Shown here piece after piece: positions 28,049 through 38,290 of a stretch of 64,000 bases of DNA. Location of the stretch: assembly GCA_025055635.1 (NCBI GenBank), contig JANWWQ010000003.1:4849-68848 (forward strand), written 5' to 3'. Made by a program: the position numbers and the translations under genes. The notes beneath the pieces were generated by a model. That model was given only the letters and a program-made list of their open reading frames with translations, was not told the origin of the DNA and made no database searches. Numbering within the stretch: the stretch's first letter is position 1; every line of letters starts with the position of its first letter. This DNA comes from Flavobacteriales bacterium (GTDB lineage: Bacteria; Bacteroidota; Bacteroidia; CAIKAF01).

Positions 28049-31000
28049 TTATGGGGTGAGGGTAAAGCGCAAGCTGAGGCCTGAATTGGTGTTGACAGTA
28101 CGAAACTGGTTGGCCACAAAGGGATTATTCTGAATGCGGTCAAAGTAAAAACGAATGCTGAAGTTCTTTGTGAGAGCATATTCAGCGAAGAATTTAATAG
28201 TGATGTTTTGTTGGCCCGCTGTGGCGGTTTGCTGTGCATCTTCCGGTTTGTCTGCCACTTTACGCACGGTAGTTTTGTTATTGCGCACTCCTAAATCCAA
28301 GCGTAGTGTCACGTCGCTTTCTGGCTGTTTACCAGCAATAAAAAAGGGCAGCTTTACCTTAGGTACCTTATAACCAGCGCCCAAGAGATATTCCTCAGAG
28401 GCCACTTCCGTAACCTGGCCATTCTGAAAGTTGAGCGTCAGGTTTCTGGATTTTTTTATCTCAAACTTGGAGGTGATGCTGTTAAACCAGGTCATATCAA
28501 AACTCAGGAGAGGCGAAAAGGCTTCTGTAATAGATACTGCCTGGATAATATATTGAGGTTGGAAATTTTGGTTGGTATCCAGCACATCGGTGAATCCTGG
28601 GGTGAGAGGATTTTCTTGGAAGGCCTGGTTGGTAAGGAAATTATTGATGTTGTAAGTGCTCCGGTAACCGTGAGAGATGGAGAAGTTTTTAAGTAGTTTC
28701 TTGAGAATTCCAATGTTTTTAAGTCCGTCATAAGTGGCAGTCCAATTGATTCCAGGAATAGCAGGGAATAGGGTGAGAGCTATGTGTTCTGGAGAAGTGC
28801 CAGTGTAGGCGGAAAGGAAGGAGTAGAGCAATACATCCTGCTGGGTAGGGTTATAGCCTTTTGAAAAGTTGGGATAAAGCGCAGAGGGGGAACCCGAATG
28901 GGGATTTTGCTGTCCCAGACGACGGGATATAGCCTCCCGGTTGCGGAGCATGTTCAGGAACACTTCTGAGGAATTGTTTTTCTCGCGGATGAAGGCGGTG
29001 GGCAGGGTCATAAAGGTGGTGGTAAAATTGCCTGTCTGAATGGCATTTAGTTCTCTGTAATCATTCACGTCAGGGTCAAAACGGTAGAGTGACTGGCGGG
29101 CTGTAGTAAACTGGCGGTTGGCACTGAGCTGGATGCGGAGGTTTTTAATGGGTTCCACGGTAGCCGAACCGTTGAGCGTGTGGCTCAGACTGCGCTGGAA
29201 GAAAGTGTTCAGCGAGGAATCTCGTGTGAGCCATCCCTGTGTGCCGGCTCTTCGGGCAAACTCATTACCCGGAAGCTGTTCCCCGAAGACAAATCCTAAT
29301 CCCGGGGTACGCGCTTTTATATCTTGCCCTAAAATATTAGAGTTGCCCATGTAACCTGGCAGAGCGGTACCCTCAGAGCGGGTGTAGGTGAGATTCACGT
29401 TTTTGACAGCCGTGACCAGTCCGGCAAAAAACTTGAGAATTTCTTTGGGGTCAAAGCTCTTTCTTTCAATTTTTCCGGTCACTTCCACGCGGGCCTTTTT
29501 CACATCACGCGTGGCAGTAAACCGCACGCGGTTCTTGTCCCACACTTCGGTTTTTCCTTTTACTTCTTGGCCATTTTCGTCTGTGACTTTCAGCTTCACG
29601 TTTTCGGTTTTCAGATTGTGCTTAATGAATTTCGGCCGATCTTTTTTAAGAATTACTCGTTCGATGACAGTAGAAACTTCTTTGGGTTTTCGGTTTTGGG
29701 CTTGTTCATCGTCTGGGGGCCCAGGCTTTTTATCTTTCTGCTCCTGTTTCCTATCGGGGGGGCGTTGCGGCTGAGTTTTAGAGTTCAGGCTTTTTAAGAA
29801 AGGAACTTTATTGTAGAGAGTGGTCAGGTTCAGTTGGCCATTGAGATTAATGTTGCGCGAATTAGAGATGGTATTTCCCCAGGGCTTGTAGAAGCGGTTT
29901 GGGTTTTGGGGGTCACGCAAGAGCTGACCCGTGGCCCAGGTGAAAGAACCTCCATAAGTTGCTGTGGCCGTAATCCAATCCAGATAAGGCAGTTTGTTCA
30001 CCGGTACGTTCCAGGTAACTGAATAATTGTGGGTGTAGTTGGTAGTGCGCCCAAAGCGCCGAATGTTATTTCGCAGGGAATCCCGCTTGGCGGGGGTATC
30101 AATCTTGCCATCAGGTTCATCAATTCGGCTTTGGTTAACAGCATTGAAGGTAACCGTGAGAGATTTGAAGATACTCCAGGCAAAGTCGTATGTCCGGTTC
30201 CAGAGAAAGTTCTTTTTGTAGCTGGGAAAAATAAGTAAGTCGTAATCCGTGTTGTTGCGGAACTTTAATTCAGTAAAATCCCTTTGAATGTCGTTCCGGA
30301 AAGCGACCGTCTTGGGCAGGTAGCCGAAGTTTATTTCTTTGATCCATTTCACCCAGGGGGACTTAAGGCCTTTGGCTTTTTTAAACGGTTCAAAGAATTT
30401 TTGAGGAGGGCTATAGTTGTAACCCAATATACCGCGGTGGGAATAGAGGTTGTTGTATTCCACAAAAAAGTCGCGCTGGCGGGTAGTAGAATAGCTGTAG
30501 GAGAAATCAAAATTGGAAATATCCAATGGGGTGTGCAGCTTAGCGTTAGGAGAGCGGTTTTTCTTTACATTGGTGAAATTGAGGGCCAGGCGCTCAGTGA
30601 GGGCCTTCACGCGTTGGCGCAGGGCTTCGCGGGAGGCCTCATCGGGCATGTCGCGCAGCGCATCACGCAGGCGTACATCCGGATCTAAAGGATTAAATTG
30701 CGGGTCGGCATTGACGACGCCGTAGTTAAAGAATACCGGAATGGTAAGGTTCCATTTTTGGGGTGTGAATTTGGCTAGTTCCAAGTTGGTGGAGAAATCA
30801 AAGGAAGTGGTGTTGTTCCGGGCTCGTTCCAAAGGTCTTTTGTCAATAGCCCCAAAACCGAAGCGTTCAGTGGCCACAGCCAGGTTTACGGTACCGAGGT
30901 CGGCCAAGTTGGCCTGAACGCGGGCATTGGCTGCCCAGCCCCCCTTTTCAAAGTAATCGCTCACACGCAATTCATTCACCCATATTTGGGCGCATTTTAA

Positions 31001-34000
31001 GTCACCATCGTCATTAGGGTTAAAAGGATTGAGCTTTTTGTGGGGATTGCGCACACCGATCACCAGCATTTTGATATCTCTGAGATTGGGATTACCTTTT
31101 ACGCTCATTCGCCGGCCCTTTTCATCCAGTTCGCTGTAGAGTTGGGTGAGGGGAATCTGCTGCCGGTTGCGGTTGCGTTTTAATTCAGGGAATTTCTGCA
31201 GGTCCACTGTCATTTTATTGTCTGGGGGCCAAATGTTGTCCACGTCCTGGTTGCCCAACACCGAAGGTATGGTGCCCACTTCGTATTCGTAATAGTTTTC
31301 TGTGGCATCGGCCCCGAATCGGATGAACACGCTCAGGTCGCCGTTCTGGAGGGTACCGGGCATATTTTCGTCATGTTCCACATGGATGAACATTTCCAGG
31401 TTCCGATAGGCGCGCAGGTCCAAATTGACATTTTTATAGGCAGCCATAGCCTGGCCGTCGGCAAGGCGGCACACGTTGAGCACGAGCGATTGTTCATTGA
31501 GTTGCTGAAGGGCTGGATTTGAAGGGTCAATTTCCCGGGTGATTCCCTGAGGCAGTTTGTAATTAAAAGGCTTTTTTCGGTTGTTTTCTTCAATATTTAC
31601 GGTGGTAAGAAAGAAATCTGGGTCGCTGCTCTGAGTGGAGAATACCGTGGGGTCGTAGATTGGTTCAGGGAAAGGTCGCCAGTCAGCTCGGACAATTTCC
31701 AGGCGTCCCATGCGCAGGTAGATATCGTCAGGGAATCCTGTGAGAACGAAGCGCAGAAAGCGAATGCTACGCCAGTCGCTGATGTCGCCATACACTTCAC
31801 GTTCTGGGGAGCGGATGGGTATGCGAAACTGATACCATGCTACCTTCTTGCTTTTTCCATTGGGCATGGTGAGCGTGATCTCGGCCTTATCAGTGATAAA
31901 GTTCTTACCCACTACCAGGTCCTCGGGCCTAATACTTACCCGGTATTGGAAGTAGTTCTCACTTTGGTTGAGGGTGTTGTCGCCGTTTACGTCCTCTGTG
32001 TTGGGATTTTGCGTTTGGGCCTCATTGATATTTCCGGCCGGAGAGTTGTTTTCGGGGAGTTGATAATACCAGTAGCGTTGATGGATATAATTGCCGGGTT
32101 CCAGCACAGCATTGTTATAGGCTGAGCCGTTGTAATGTTTATAGTTATCAGCGGATGGATCGGCTTCTATGGCAGCAATAGCTTCTGGGGTGAGTCCTTG
32201 AGCAGCAAGCTTGTCTAAAAAACTGCTTTTAAAAAAGATTCTTTCTTCGGAATCAGGTAATCCATCATAGCCCACATCCTGGTAAACACGCTCGTTGGGG
32301 TCGTTGCTGAAGTATTGGTTGATGAGCTGTTGGGCCGGCACCTTGCCCAGTTTAGTAGTGCTGGTCGTGAGGTTGTTGGTAGGGGTAGGCAGACCGTTTT
32401 CAAAAAACATTTTTCCGTCGGGCAAGATGTCTTCGCTCATATTGCCGATTTGGATGAGCAGGTCGCCACCTGCACCAGGCAGGGTGTTGAGGTTTATAGC
32501 ATTAGGGTCACCTGTTTCCCATCTGCGCAGCTGATTGAGGTCTTCGGCCACGAAGGGATCCATCATCCAGAATTCAATGTAGGCCACATTGCTGCCATCC
32601 CAATCGGTATTCTCCACCCGACGCATCATACTGCCAAAACTTTTCCGGGGTTCAGCGATGCGGCCGTCAGGGGCCAGAGATTTGTAGTCAAAGTTGTAGG
32701 GGCCCCGAATGGCTGGTTGGAAAGCGATATCCAGGATCAACAGGTTGGGCTGAGTACCTGGGGGGACATTGAGGTTTGGGAATAAGGCCTGCTGGGGCAC
32801 TTCGCACACATAAAGATTGGAGCGCGAATCCGGATTGTTGTAAATGGCTTCGGGCGTGAGTTGGTTTTGGCGGAAAAAAATGGGATCCATGTTGTACCAG
32901 GTCAAGCGGGCCCTGTTGTAATTAGCTTCTAGCGAGTTTAGTTTGGCCGCGTGGGGAAAGCGGTCGGGTTGGCGTTGCGGTACGGTGCCCAGCCGCCAAA
33001 AGGAGAAGTTGCGGATATCGTTGTTGGTCTCGGCTCCTTCAAAATCATCAATTTGGGAAATACCTGGCTTGGAAATGACCTTGTTGTAGCCGGGGATAAG
33101 TTGGGCAAATTCACCTGTCACCGAGATTTTAGAAGGAGCTTTGGTGCTAATTAGAGGCAGCTTATCTACAAGGCGTGTGAGCCATGGCGCATCGCGGGTG
33201 AAGGAGCCATTGAAGCCAATCATGGTGTTTGAAATAGGTTCATCACCGATATTGATTTTCTGGGTGAGAGGCCGTTCTGTGAGATTAACGAGCGTGGCCC
33301 CTAGTACAAAGTCTTTGTTTACTTTATAACTGGCGTGCACCCCTGCCATGCGTTTAGAAATTTGGTTGAAGGCCTGATTGCTCTCCAACGACACTTTGAT
33401 GGGAGTATTAGAGGCTAGGATAGCCTGGTTTAGGATGCGGATGCGGCCTAGGTTGTAGTCTACCGTGTAATCTACTCCTTCAGTGAGCACTTTGCCGCCG
33501 GCTGTTACCGTCACGGACCCTTTAGCGATATTGAAGGCGTTGAGACTTATTTCGTTGGAGACACTACTCTTGTATTGACCAGCGAGATAAAACCGGTTAC
33601 GCTCCGTGTTAAGCTTGGCTAGGGGCTGAATGGTGGTGTAAAGGGAATCAAAAGCATAGCGGTTCCCCAAGACCGTGTTCCCCAGTTTCTGCCGCAAATA
33701 TTGTCCGAAAGGTTCGCGCACGGGGAAAATAATCCGTCCCCCTTGGGATTGTACGGTAAGGTTCTCAATATAGTCAAAAAAGCCATCAGGCTGCTGGTCA
33801 TTATTGGGATTAAGCCTATCCAGATTAAATACAGTGAGGAGCGGGGTTTCTTTGACTCCGGGTGGCGCAGCAGGGTCTGGAATATAGTTGATCATGACAC
33901 CGCGCTCCACATCCCGGTACAAGATATTGAGCACGAAATCGTTGTTGGAAATCTGATACCCCCCCACTGCATAAATATTTTTCATCATCCAGTCCCAGTT

Positions 34001-35434
34001 AGGTTGTTTTACATTGAGCACCGTACTTTTCAGAAGCTTAACCATCAGCGTGTTGGGGATAGGCAGATCGGTGGAAAATTCGCCCACCTGGTACATTTTA
34101 CCATCGGCCCCGATGAATTGGTAAGCCACGCCCAGCACTTCATCGGCATTGAGAGGTTGGTTTAGGGAGATGTATCCAAGCAGGTCGTTCACCTTGTACT
34201 CGGTAGGGTTCAGTAGGCGGGCGTTATTTACAAATTCAATTTCCTGACCGTTAATGAGTTGCTGGAAAAGAGGGCTATTTACGCTGGTACGATCCTGTTG
34301 ATTCCACGCCGCGGGATTAAATTGATTATTCTTGTTGTCTGGGAAATCCATGGGGCCCAGAGTTCCGGCGATGGGCCAGGTTTTCTCGCCTAATCCCAGC
34401 ACGGCTGTAATATTTCGAACATTTTCTACCACGTTCTGCCTGTTGGTCACCCACACCTCCACCCGTGTAATGCGGACGTTACTATTGATGAGAGGCAGAT
34501 TGGCTAAGGCTTCGTCATAGCGTTGTTTGAAGTATTCCCCCAGGAAATAATGTCGGTTGGCCTCGTAGTCGGCGGCTGAGACTTCAAATTTTTGAACCTG
34601 AGCTCCGCCGGCTACGTTAATTTCCTGGCGTTGACCCTGTTGCTGCGTGACCACACCCGTCACCGTGAGTTTTCCGAATTGGAGTCCAGTTTTCAAACCA
34701 AAGAGGGTGCTCATCCCCGTGATGAGGGTGCCTGAGAGTGGCAAGGTGACGTTACCCAATTCTATCACTTTAAGAATGTCATCTTCCTGACCTTCATATT
34801 TGAGGTTAGCCCGGTTGTTTTGACCAAACATTTCCTGGGTATTGAAGTTGGTATTGAGTTTGATTTTTTCTCCGATAGAGCCGGTGACGTTGAGCTGGAT
34901 GTTTTGTCTGAAATCAAAGTTTCCTACACTCCGCTGACGTTCAGGAAGATTGGGATTATCGTTGCGGTTGTGCACCCAGCCCAGCATGAGTTCCACATTG
35001 CCCTGGGGCCGTATGTCTACTTTGTTGCTACCAAAAATGCCGGCAAAGGTCTCATTACCCAGGTTGATTTTGGGAATTAATGAGTTGGTTTCTTTGCCGC
35101 TTCGACGGGCGGCCTCCTTTTCTCGCCAGTATTTTTCTCTCTCTTTGCGTTCCAGGTACTCTTGATATTCCTCAAAAGTGAGAACTTCCCGCCCTATTTC
35201 CACATCGCCGGCTTTGTAAATAAGGATGTATTGGTTATGCGCCTCATCGTACACTACCTCTTCAGTGATATTGTCAGGTTTTGTCAGATAAATGTTGGCT
35301 TGATTCTGGTTTTCCTCAGTGATGGGGTAAGGAAGTTGCAATGAATCCGTTTGGGCTTTTAGAAACCCAGAGGCGACCACCCAGGCCAGGCCTGTCAGAA
35401 GCTGGGTGAGATGCTTCTTTTTTGGGGCTCTCAC
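28049..35434 (-). CDS. sprA: T9SS outer-membrane translocon SprA/Sov
   Basis: 2461 aa; IFGSNKVDIRPQG; YEGQEDDILK.IE.GNV; ITRVEVWVTN; WDWMMKNIY; IDDFEG; YIEFWMMDPF; WVNELR; coupled to ruvA (GTGA overlap). Confidence 0.95.
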   Translation of the reverse strand: MRAPKKKHLTQLLTGLAWVVASGFLKAQTDSLQLPYPITEENQNQANIYLTKPDNITEEVVYDEAHNQYILIYKAGDVEIGREVLTFEEYQEYLERKEREKYWREKEAARRSGKETNSLIPKINLGNETFAGIFGSNKVDIRPQGNVELMLGWVHNRNDNPNLPERQRSVGNFDFRQNIQLNVTGSIGEKIKLNTNFNTQEMFGQNNRANLKYEGQEDDILKVIELGNVTLPLSGTLITGMSTLFGLKTGLQFGKLTVTGVVTQQQGQRQEINVAGGAQVQKFEVSAADYEANRHYFLGEYFKQRYDEALANLPLINSNVRITRVEVWVTNRQNVVENVRNITAVLGLGEKTWPIAGTLGPMDFPDNKNNQFNPAAWNQQDRTSVNSPLFQQLINGQEIEFVNNARLLNPTEYKVNDLLGYISLNQPLNADEVLGVAYQFIGADGKMYQVGEFSTDLPIPNTLMVKLLKSTVLNVKQPNWDWMMKNIYAVGGYQISNNDFVLNILYRDVERGVMINYIPDPAAPPGVKETPLLTVFNLDRLNPNNDQQPDGFFDYIENLTVQSQGGRIIFPVREPFGQYLRQKLGNTVLGNRYAFDSLYTTIQPLAKLNTERNRFYLAGQYKSSVSNEISLNAFNIAKGSVTVTAGGKVLTEGVDYTVDYNLGRIRILNQAILASNTPIKVSLESNQAFNQISKRMAGVHASYKVNKDFVLGATLVNLTERPLTQKINIGDEPISNTMIGFNGSFTRDAPWLTRLVDKLPLISTKAPSKISVTGEFAQLIPGYNKVISKPGISQIDDFEGAETNNDIRNFSFWRLGTVPQRQPDRFPHAAKLNSLEANYNRARLTWYNMDPIFFRQNQLTPEAIYNNPDSRSNLYVCEVPQQALFPNLNVPPGTQPNLLILDIAFQPAIRGPYNFDYKSLAPDGRIAEPRKSFGSMMRRVENTDWDGSNVAYIEFWMMDPFVAEDLNQLRRWETGDPNAINLNTLPGAGGDLLIQIGNMSEDILPDGKMFFENGLPTPTNNLTTSTTKLGKVPAQQLINQYFSNDPNERVYQDVGYDGLPDSEERIFFKSSFLDKLAAQGLTPEAIAAIEADPSADNYKHYNGSAYNNAVLEPGNYIHQRYWYYQLPENNSPAGNINEAQTQNPNTEDVNGDNTLNQSENYFQYRVSIRPEDLVVGKNFITDKAEITLTMPNGKSKKVAWYQFRIPIRSPEREVYGDISDWRSIRFLRFVLTGFPDDIYLRMGRLEIVRADWRPFPEPIYDPTVFSTQSSDPDFFLTTVNIEENNRKKPFNYKLPQGITREIDPSNPALQQLNEQSLVLNVCRLADGQAMAAYKNVNLDLRAYRNLEMFIHVEHDENMPGTLQNGDLSVFIRFGADATENYYEYEVGTIPSVLGNQDVDNIWPPDNKMTVDLQKFPELKRNRNRQQIPLTQLYSELDEKGRRMSVKGNPNLRDIKMLVIGVRNPHKKLNPFNPNDDGDLKCAQIWVNELRVSDYFEKGGWAANARVQANLADLGTVNLAVATERFGFGAIDKRPLERARNNTTSFDFSTNLELAKFTPQKWNLTIPVFFNYGVVNADPQFNPLDPDVRLRDALRDMPDEASREALRQRVKALTERLALNFTNVKKNRSPNAKLHTPLDISNFDFSYSYSTTRQRDFFVEYNNLYSHRGILGYNYSPPQKFFEPFKKAKGLKSPWVKWIKEINFGYLPKTVAFRNDIQRDFTELKFRNNTDYDLLIFPSYKKNFLWNRTYDFAWSIFKSLTVTFNAVNQSRIDEPDGKIDTPAKRDSLRNNIRRFGRTTNYTHNYSVTWNVPVNKLPYLDWITATATYGGSFTWATGQLLRDPQNPNRFYKPWGNTISNSRNINLNGQLNLTTLYNKVPFLKSLNSKTQPQRPPDRKQEQKDKKPGPPDDEQAQNRKPKEVSTVIERVILKKDRPKFIKHNLKTENVKLKVTDENGQEVKGKTEVWDKNRVRFTATRDVKKARVEVTGKIERKSFDPKEILKFFAGLVTAVKNVNLTYTRSEGTALPGYMGNSNILGQDIKARTPGLGFVFGEQLPGNEFARRAGTQGWLTRDSSLNTFFQRSLSHTLNGSATVEPIKNLRIQLSANRQFTTARQSLYRFDPDVNDYRELNAIQTGNFTTTFMTLPTAFIREKNNSSEVFLNMLRNREAISRRLGQQNPHSGSPSALYPNFSKGYNPTQQDVLLYSFLSAYTGTSPEHIALTLFPAIPGINWTATYDGLKNIGILKKLLKNFSISHGYRSTYNINNFLTNQAFQENPLTPGFTDVLDTNQNFQPQYIIQAVSITEAFSPLLSFDMTWFNSITSKFEIKKSRNLTLNFQNGQVTEVASEEYLLGAGYKVPKVKLPFFIAGKQPESDVTLRLDLGVRNNKTTVRKVADKPEDAQQTATAGQQNITIKFFAEYALTKNFSIRFYFDRIQNNPFVANQFRTVNTNSGLSLRFTLTP

Positions 35435-36012
35435 AGGTTTTTTAGGGTTTCTTTAATAAGCATTTCCAAAGACAACTTAGAGGCATCCGGTACGCGGGCC
35501 ATAGCTTTCTCGGCTGCGGACCTGGAAAAGCCTAGTGTAGCCAAGGCGGCCAGCGCCTCTTCCTGAAGTCCTCTGTCAGCTGGAACTCCTAGTTCAGGAA
35601 GGCTGAGGGATGAGACCTTATCCTTTAAATCAACGATGATACGCTGAGCTGATTTTTCACCAACACCTTTTACACTTTTGAGCTTCCTGACATCACCGGA
35701 GGCTATGGCTTGCGTGAGCTCCCGATGGCTCATGGCCGAGAGAATCATGCGCGCTGTAGCGGCCCCAATACCAGCCACGGTTAACAAGAGACGGAACATG
35801 TCGCGCTCTTCCCGTGTGAAAAAACCGAACAGCGATTCATTGTCTTCCCGAACCAGGTGTTCTGTGTATAGTAGAACTTCTTTCAGGCCTTTAATGGCTT
35901 CGTAAGTGGTGAGTGTTATGGATACGTAATAACCTACTCCCCCGCAATCAACCACCACGTATGCAGGGTTACATTCAGAAAGTGTTCCCCGCAAATGGGT
36001 TATCATAGGCAC
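35431..36012 (-). CDS. ruvA: Holliday junction branch migration protein RuvA
   Basis: DCGGVGY; VRED..LFGF; VAGIGA; VKGVGEKSAQRIIVDLKDK; EALAALATLGF. Confidence 0.97.
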   Translation of the reverse strand: MPMITHLRGTLSECNPAYVVVDCGGVGYYVSITLTTYEAIKGLKEVLLYTEHLVREDNESLFGFFTREERDMFRLLLTVAGIGAATARMILSAMSHRELTQAIASGDVRKLKSVKGVGEKSAQRIIVDLKDKVSSLSLPELGVPADRGLQEEALAALATLGFSRSAAEKAMARVPDASKLSLEMLIKETLKNL

Positions 36013-36141
36013 CTCTTATTAATTGTTAAATGGCGCAAAATTGCAAATTCAGGCTAATCTCAGCCTGCAAAAAACAAGGATTGCAAACGGATTAGACCTG
36101 AAATTATTATAGAGGTGCTTCTATATGGAGGCCCTATAGGG

Positions 36142-37038
36142 TTAGATGGGTGCACGAAAGTAACCAAATTTTTTCAAATAACGGTCCTGACTTCGCCACC
36201 CTTCAGCCACTTTTACTGTGAGGGAGAGAAATACCTGCGTTCCAACTAGAGCTTCTATCTCCTGACGAGCCTGAATCCCCAGTTTTTTTAGTGCTTGTCC
36301 CTGATGGCCAATCAGAATAGCTTTCTGGCTTTCACGTTCCACGTAAATAGTAGCAGAAATCCTGTGAATCTCGGGTTTCTCCTCGTAAGAATCCACTTCC
36401 ACATGGCAAGCATATGGCACTTCGTCCATGTAGTTAAGAAAAATTTTCTCCCTAATAATCTCTGACACGAAAAAGCGCAGGGAGAGTGTGCTCAGGTCGC
36501 TGTCGGTATCATAATAGGGAGGATGCTCCGGCAGGTGTTGTATCATCCAACTTTTTACCTCCTCCAATCCCAGGCCTGTCAGGACAGATGTTTTTACTAA
36601 AGGCAACTTTTGCCAATAACTCACTATCTGTTGCTCCACTGCGGGTTTTGCAATATCCCATTTATTGAGCACCACCAGGCTGTTATTCGGGGTGAAGTGA
36701 GAGCGAAATTGTTCCAAGGCTTTATGATGCTGAAGTGTCTGGGATGCGTCATACACAAGCAGAAATAAATCAGAATCTTCTAATGTTTCGTAGATGTAAT
36801 TCATCAATCTTTCCTGTAGACGGTAAGCCACCCTGTCCAGGACACCTGGGGTATCGCTAAGAATGATTTGGTAACCAGGTCCATGGATAAGCCCCGGGAT
36901 ACGATGGCGGGTGGTTTGGGGCTTGTTGGTTACGGCGGCTAGTTTTTCCCCTATTAAAGCATTCCACAATGAAGATTTCCCGGCATTGGGGAGTCCTATT
37001 AAAGTTACATATCCGGCTTTAAAAGCTGAGGAGCTCAC
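36142..37038 (-). CDS. era: GTPase Era
   Basis: GLPNAGKS; KPQTTR; DTPG; NKWD; EIIREKI; KH domain VERESQKAILIG. Start moved to the GTG at 37038. Confidence 0.95.
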   Translation of the reverse strand: MSSSAFKAGYVTLIGLPNAGKSSLWNALIGEKLAAVTNKPQTTRHRIPGLIHGPGYQIILSDTPGVLDRVAYRLQERLMNYIYETLEDSDLFLLVYDASQTLQHHKALEQFRSHFTPNNSLVVLNKWDIAKPAVEQQIVSYWQKLPLVKTSVLTGLGLEEVKSWMIQHLPEHPPYYDTDSDLSTLSLRFFVSEIIREKIFLNYMDEVPYACHVEVDSYEEKPEIHRISATIYVERESQKAILIGHQGQALKKLGIQARQEIEALVGTQVFLSLTVKVAEGWRSQDRYLKKFGYFRAPI

Positions 37039-37074
37039 GGGAGTAAAGATATATAAGGCTTTACTTTGCATATC

Positions 37075-38286
37075 ATGCTGACCTTGTGGCTGGCTGGGCG
37101 CTTTTTTTTCCATCCCCGGCGCATGGAGACAGCCCATTGGATCGCCTTCGCTTCAGCCCTGGCTTATTTTACTGTGGCCCTGGCTATGGTTGTCACATTG
37201 TCAGGGTTCAATGGGTTGCGGGCCTTGGTGGTTCAGGGTTTTTACGGTACGGATCCCGACCTGCGACTGCAGCTGCCATCTGAAGCTCTTTTTAGGCCGG
37301 ACAGTGCCCTACTTCAGAGGTTGCTTACCCGACCTGAAGTAGCCGCGGTGCATGCTGTTTTGGAAGGCCCTGCTATTGCTGTACATGGCAACGAATTTGC
37401 CGTGGTAAAATTGCGCGGCTTGGATCCAGCTTATTTTCATTCCGGAGTCCCCATAACTCTGGCTTATGGTGCACTGCCCGGAGGGGATGAGGAGGTTGCA
37501 CTGGGGGTACGCTTGGGGGAGCGGCTGGGATTGAGCCCCGATCAAACCAATCGTTTATCCTTGTACTATCCGGGGCGACTGGGCCGCACGGTTTTTGGCG
37601 GGGACGCCTTTGTGCAGCGAAGTGTGGCTGTCAGTGGGGCTTTCATCTTGCATCAAGAAGCCAACCAGAATCTGGTGATGGGAACTCTGAACTTGGCCCG
37701 CGAACTTTTTCCTGAAAAGGCTAGCCAAATCTCCTACCTAGGGATTTATCTGAAGCGGGAAGTATCCCCTGCAGTGGCACGAAAAAAAATCATGGCTGAT
37801 GTGGGAACCGATTTTGAGGTGCTACTTCGTGAAGAACAGCATAAGGATGTTTATAAGGTGCTGCGTCTGGAAAAGTTAGCCGTTTTTGTAGTGTTGGGCT
37901 TTATCGCGGTGATCTCCTCTTTCATACTGTTTGGCGCCGGTTCTCTGTTGTTAATTGAGAAAGGACGTTCCCTGGCGGTATTGTCTGCGTTAGGGATGGC
38001 TCCGGTTCAGCTAAGAAGAATTTGTATAGTGTGGATGGGTTTAGTGGCCCTGGCTGGCGCCTTGCCGGGATTAGTAACGGGTGTGGTTTTGTGCCTGGCC
38101 CAGCAACGTTGGGCTTTCGTCAGTTTGAGTTCCTCTGACTCGGCTCCTCCGTTTCCGGTGGAAGTGCAGGTAAAAGACGTTGCCGTTGTGGCCTTGTTTT
38201 TGGTCGGCTGGGCCCTGGCGCTTTCATTTGTCCGCGTAGCGGGTTTAAAAGTCGGTTGGAAGCAGTATCAGACATTTAAGACTTGA
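37075..38286 (+). CDS. LolC/E (FtsX-like) ABC transporter permease
   Basis: VTLSGFNG..DPDLR; periplasmic loop; EKLAVF; EKGRSLAVLSALG; PFPVEVQ. Confidence 0.8.
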   Translation: MLTLWLAGRFFFHPRRMETAHWIAFASALAYFTVALAMVVTLSGFNGLRALVVQGFYGTDPDLRLQLPSEALFRPDSALLQRLLTRPEVAAVHAVLEGPAIAVHGNEFAVVKLRGLDPAYFHSGVPITLAYGALPGGDEEVALGVRLGERLGLSPDQTNRLSLYYPGRLGRTVFGGDAFVQRSVAVSGAFILHQEANQNLVMGTLNLARELFPEKASQISYLGIYLKREVSPAVARKKIMADVGTDFEVLLREEQHKDVYKVLRLEKLAVFVVLGFIAVISSFILFGAGSLLLIEKGRSLAVLSALGMAPVQLRRICIVWMGLVALAGALPGLVTGVVLCLAQQRWAFVSLSSSDSAPPFPVEVQVKDVAVVALFLVGWALALSFVRVAGLKVGWKQYQTFKT

Positions 38287-38290
38287 GGCG

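Noticed and set aside
37039-37137. Apparent era/lolE overlap, and similar N-terminal extensions at 42229-42390, 44034-44234 and 48512-48583
   Set aside because: Family homology begins at downstream starts and the extensions look non-coding.
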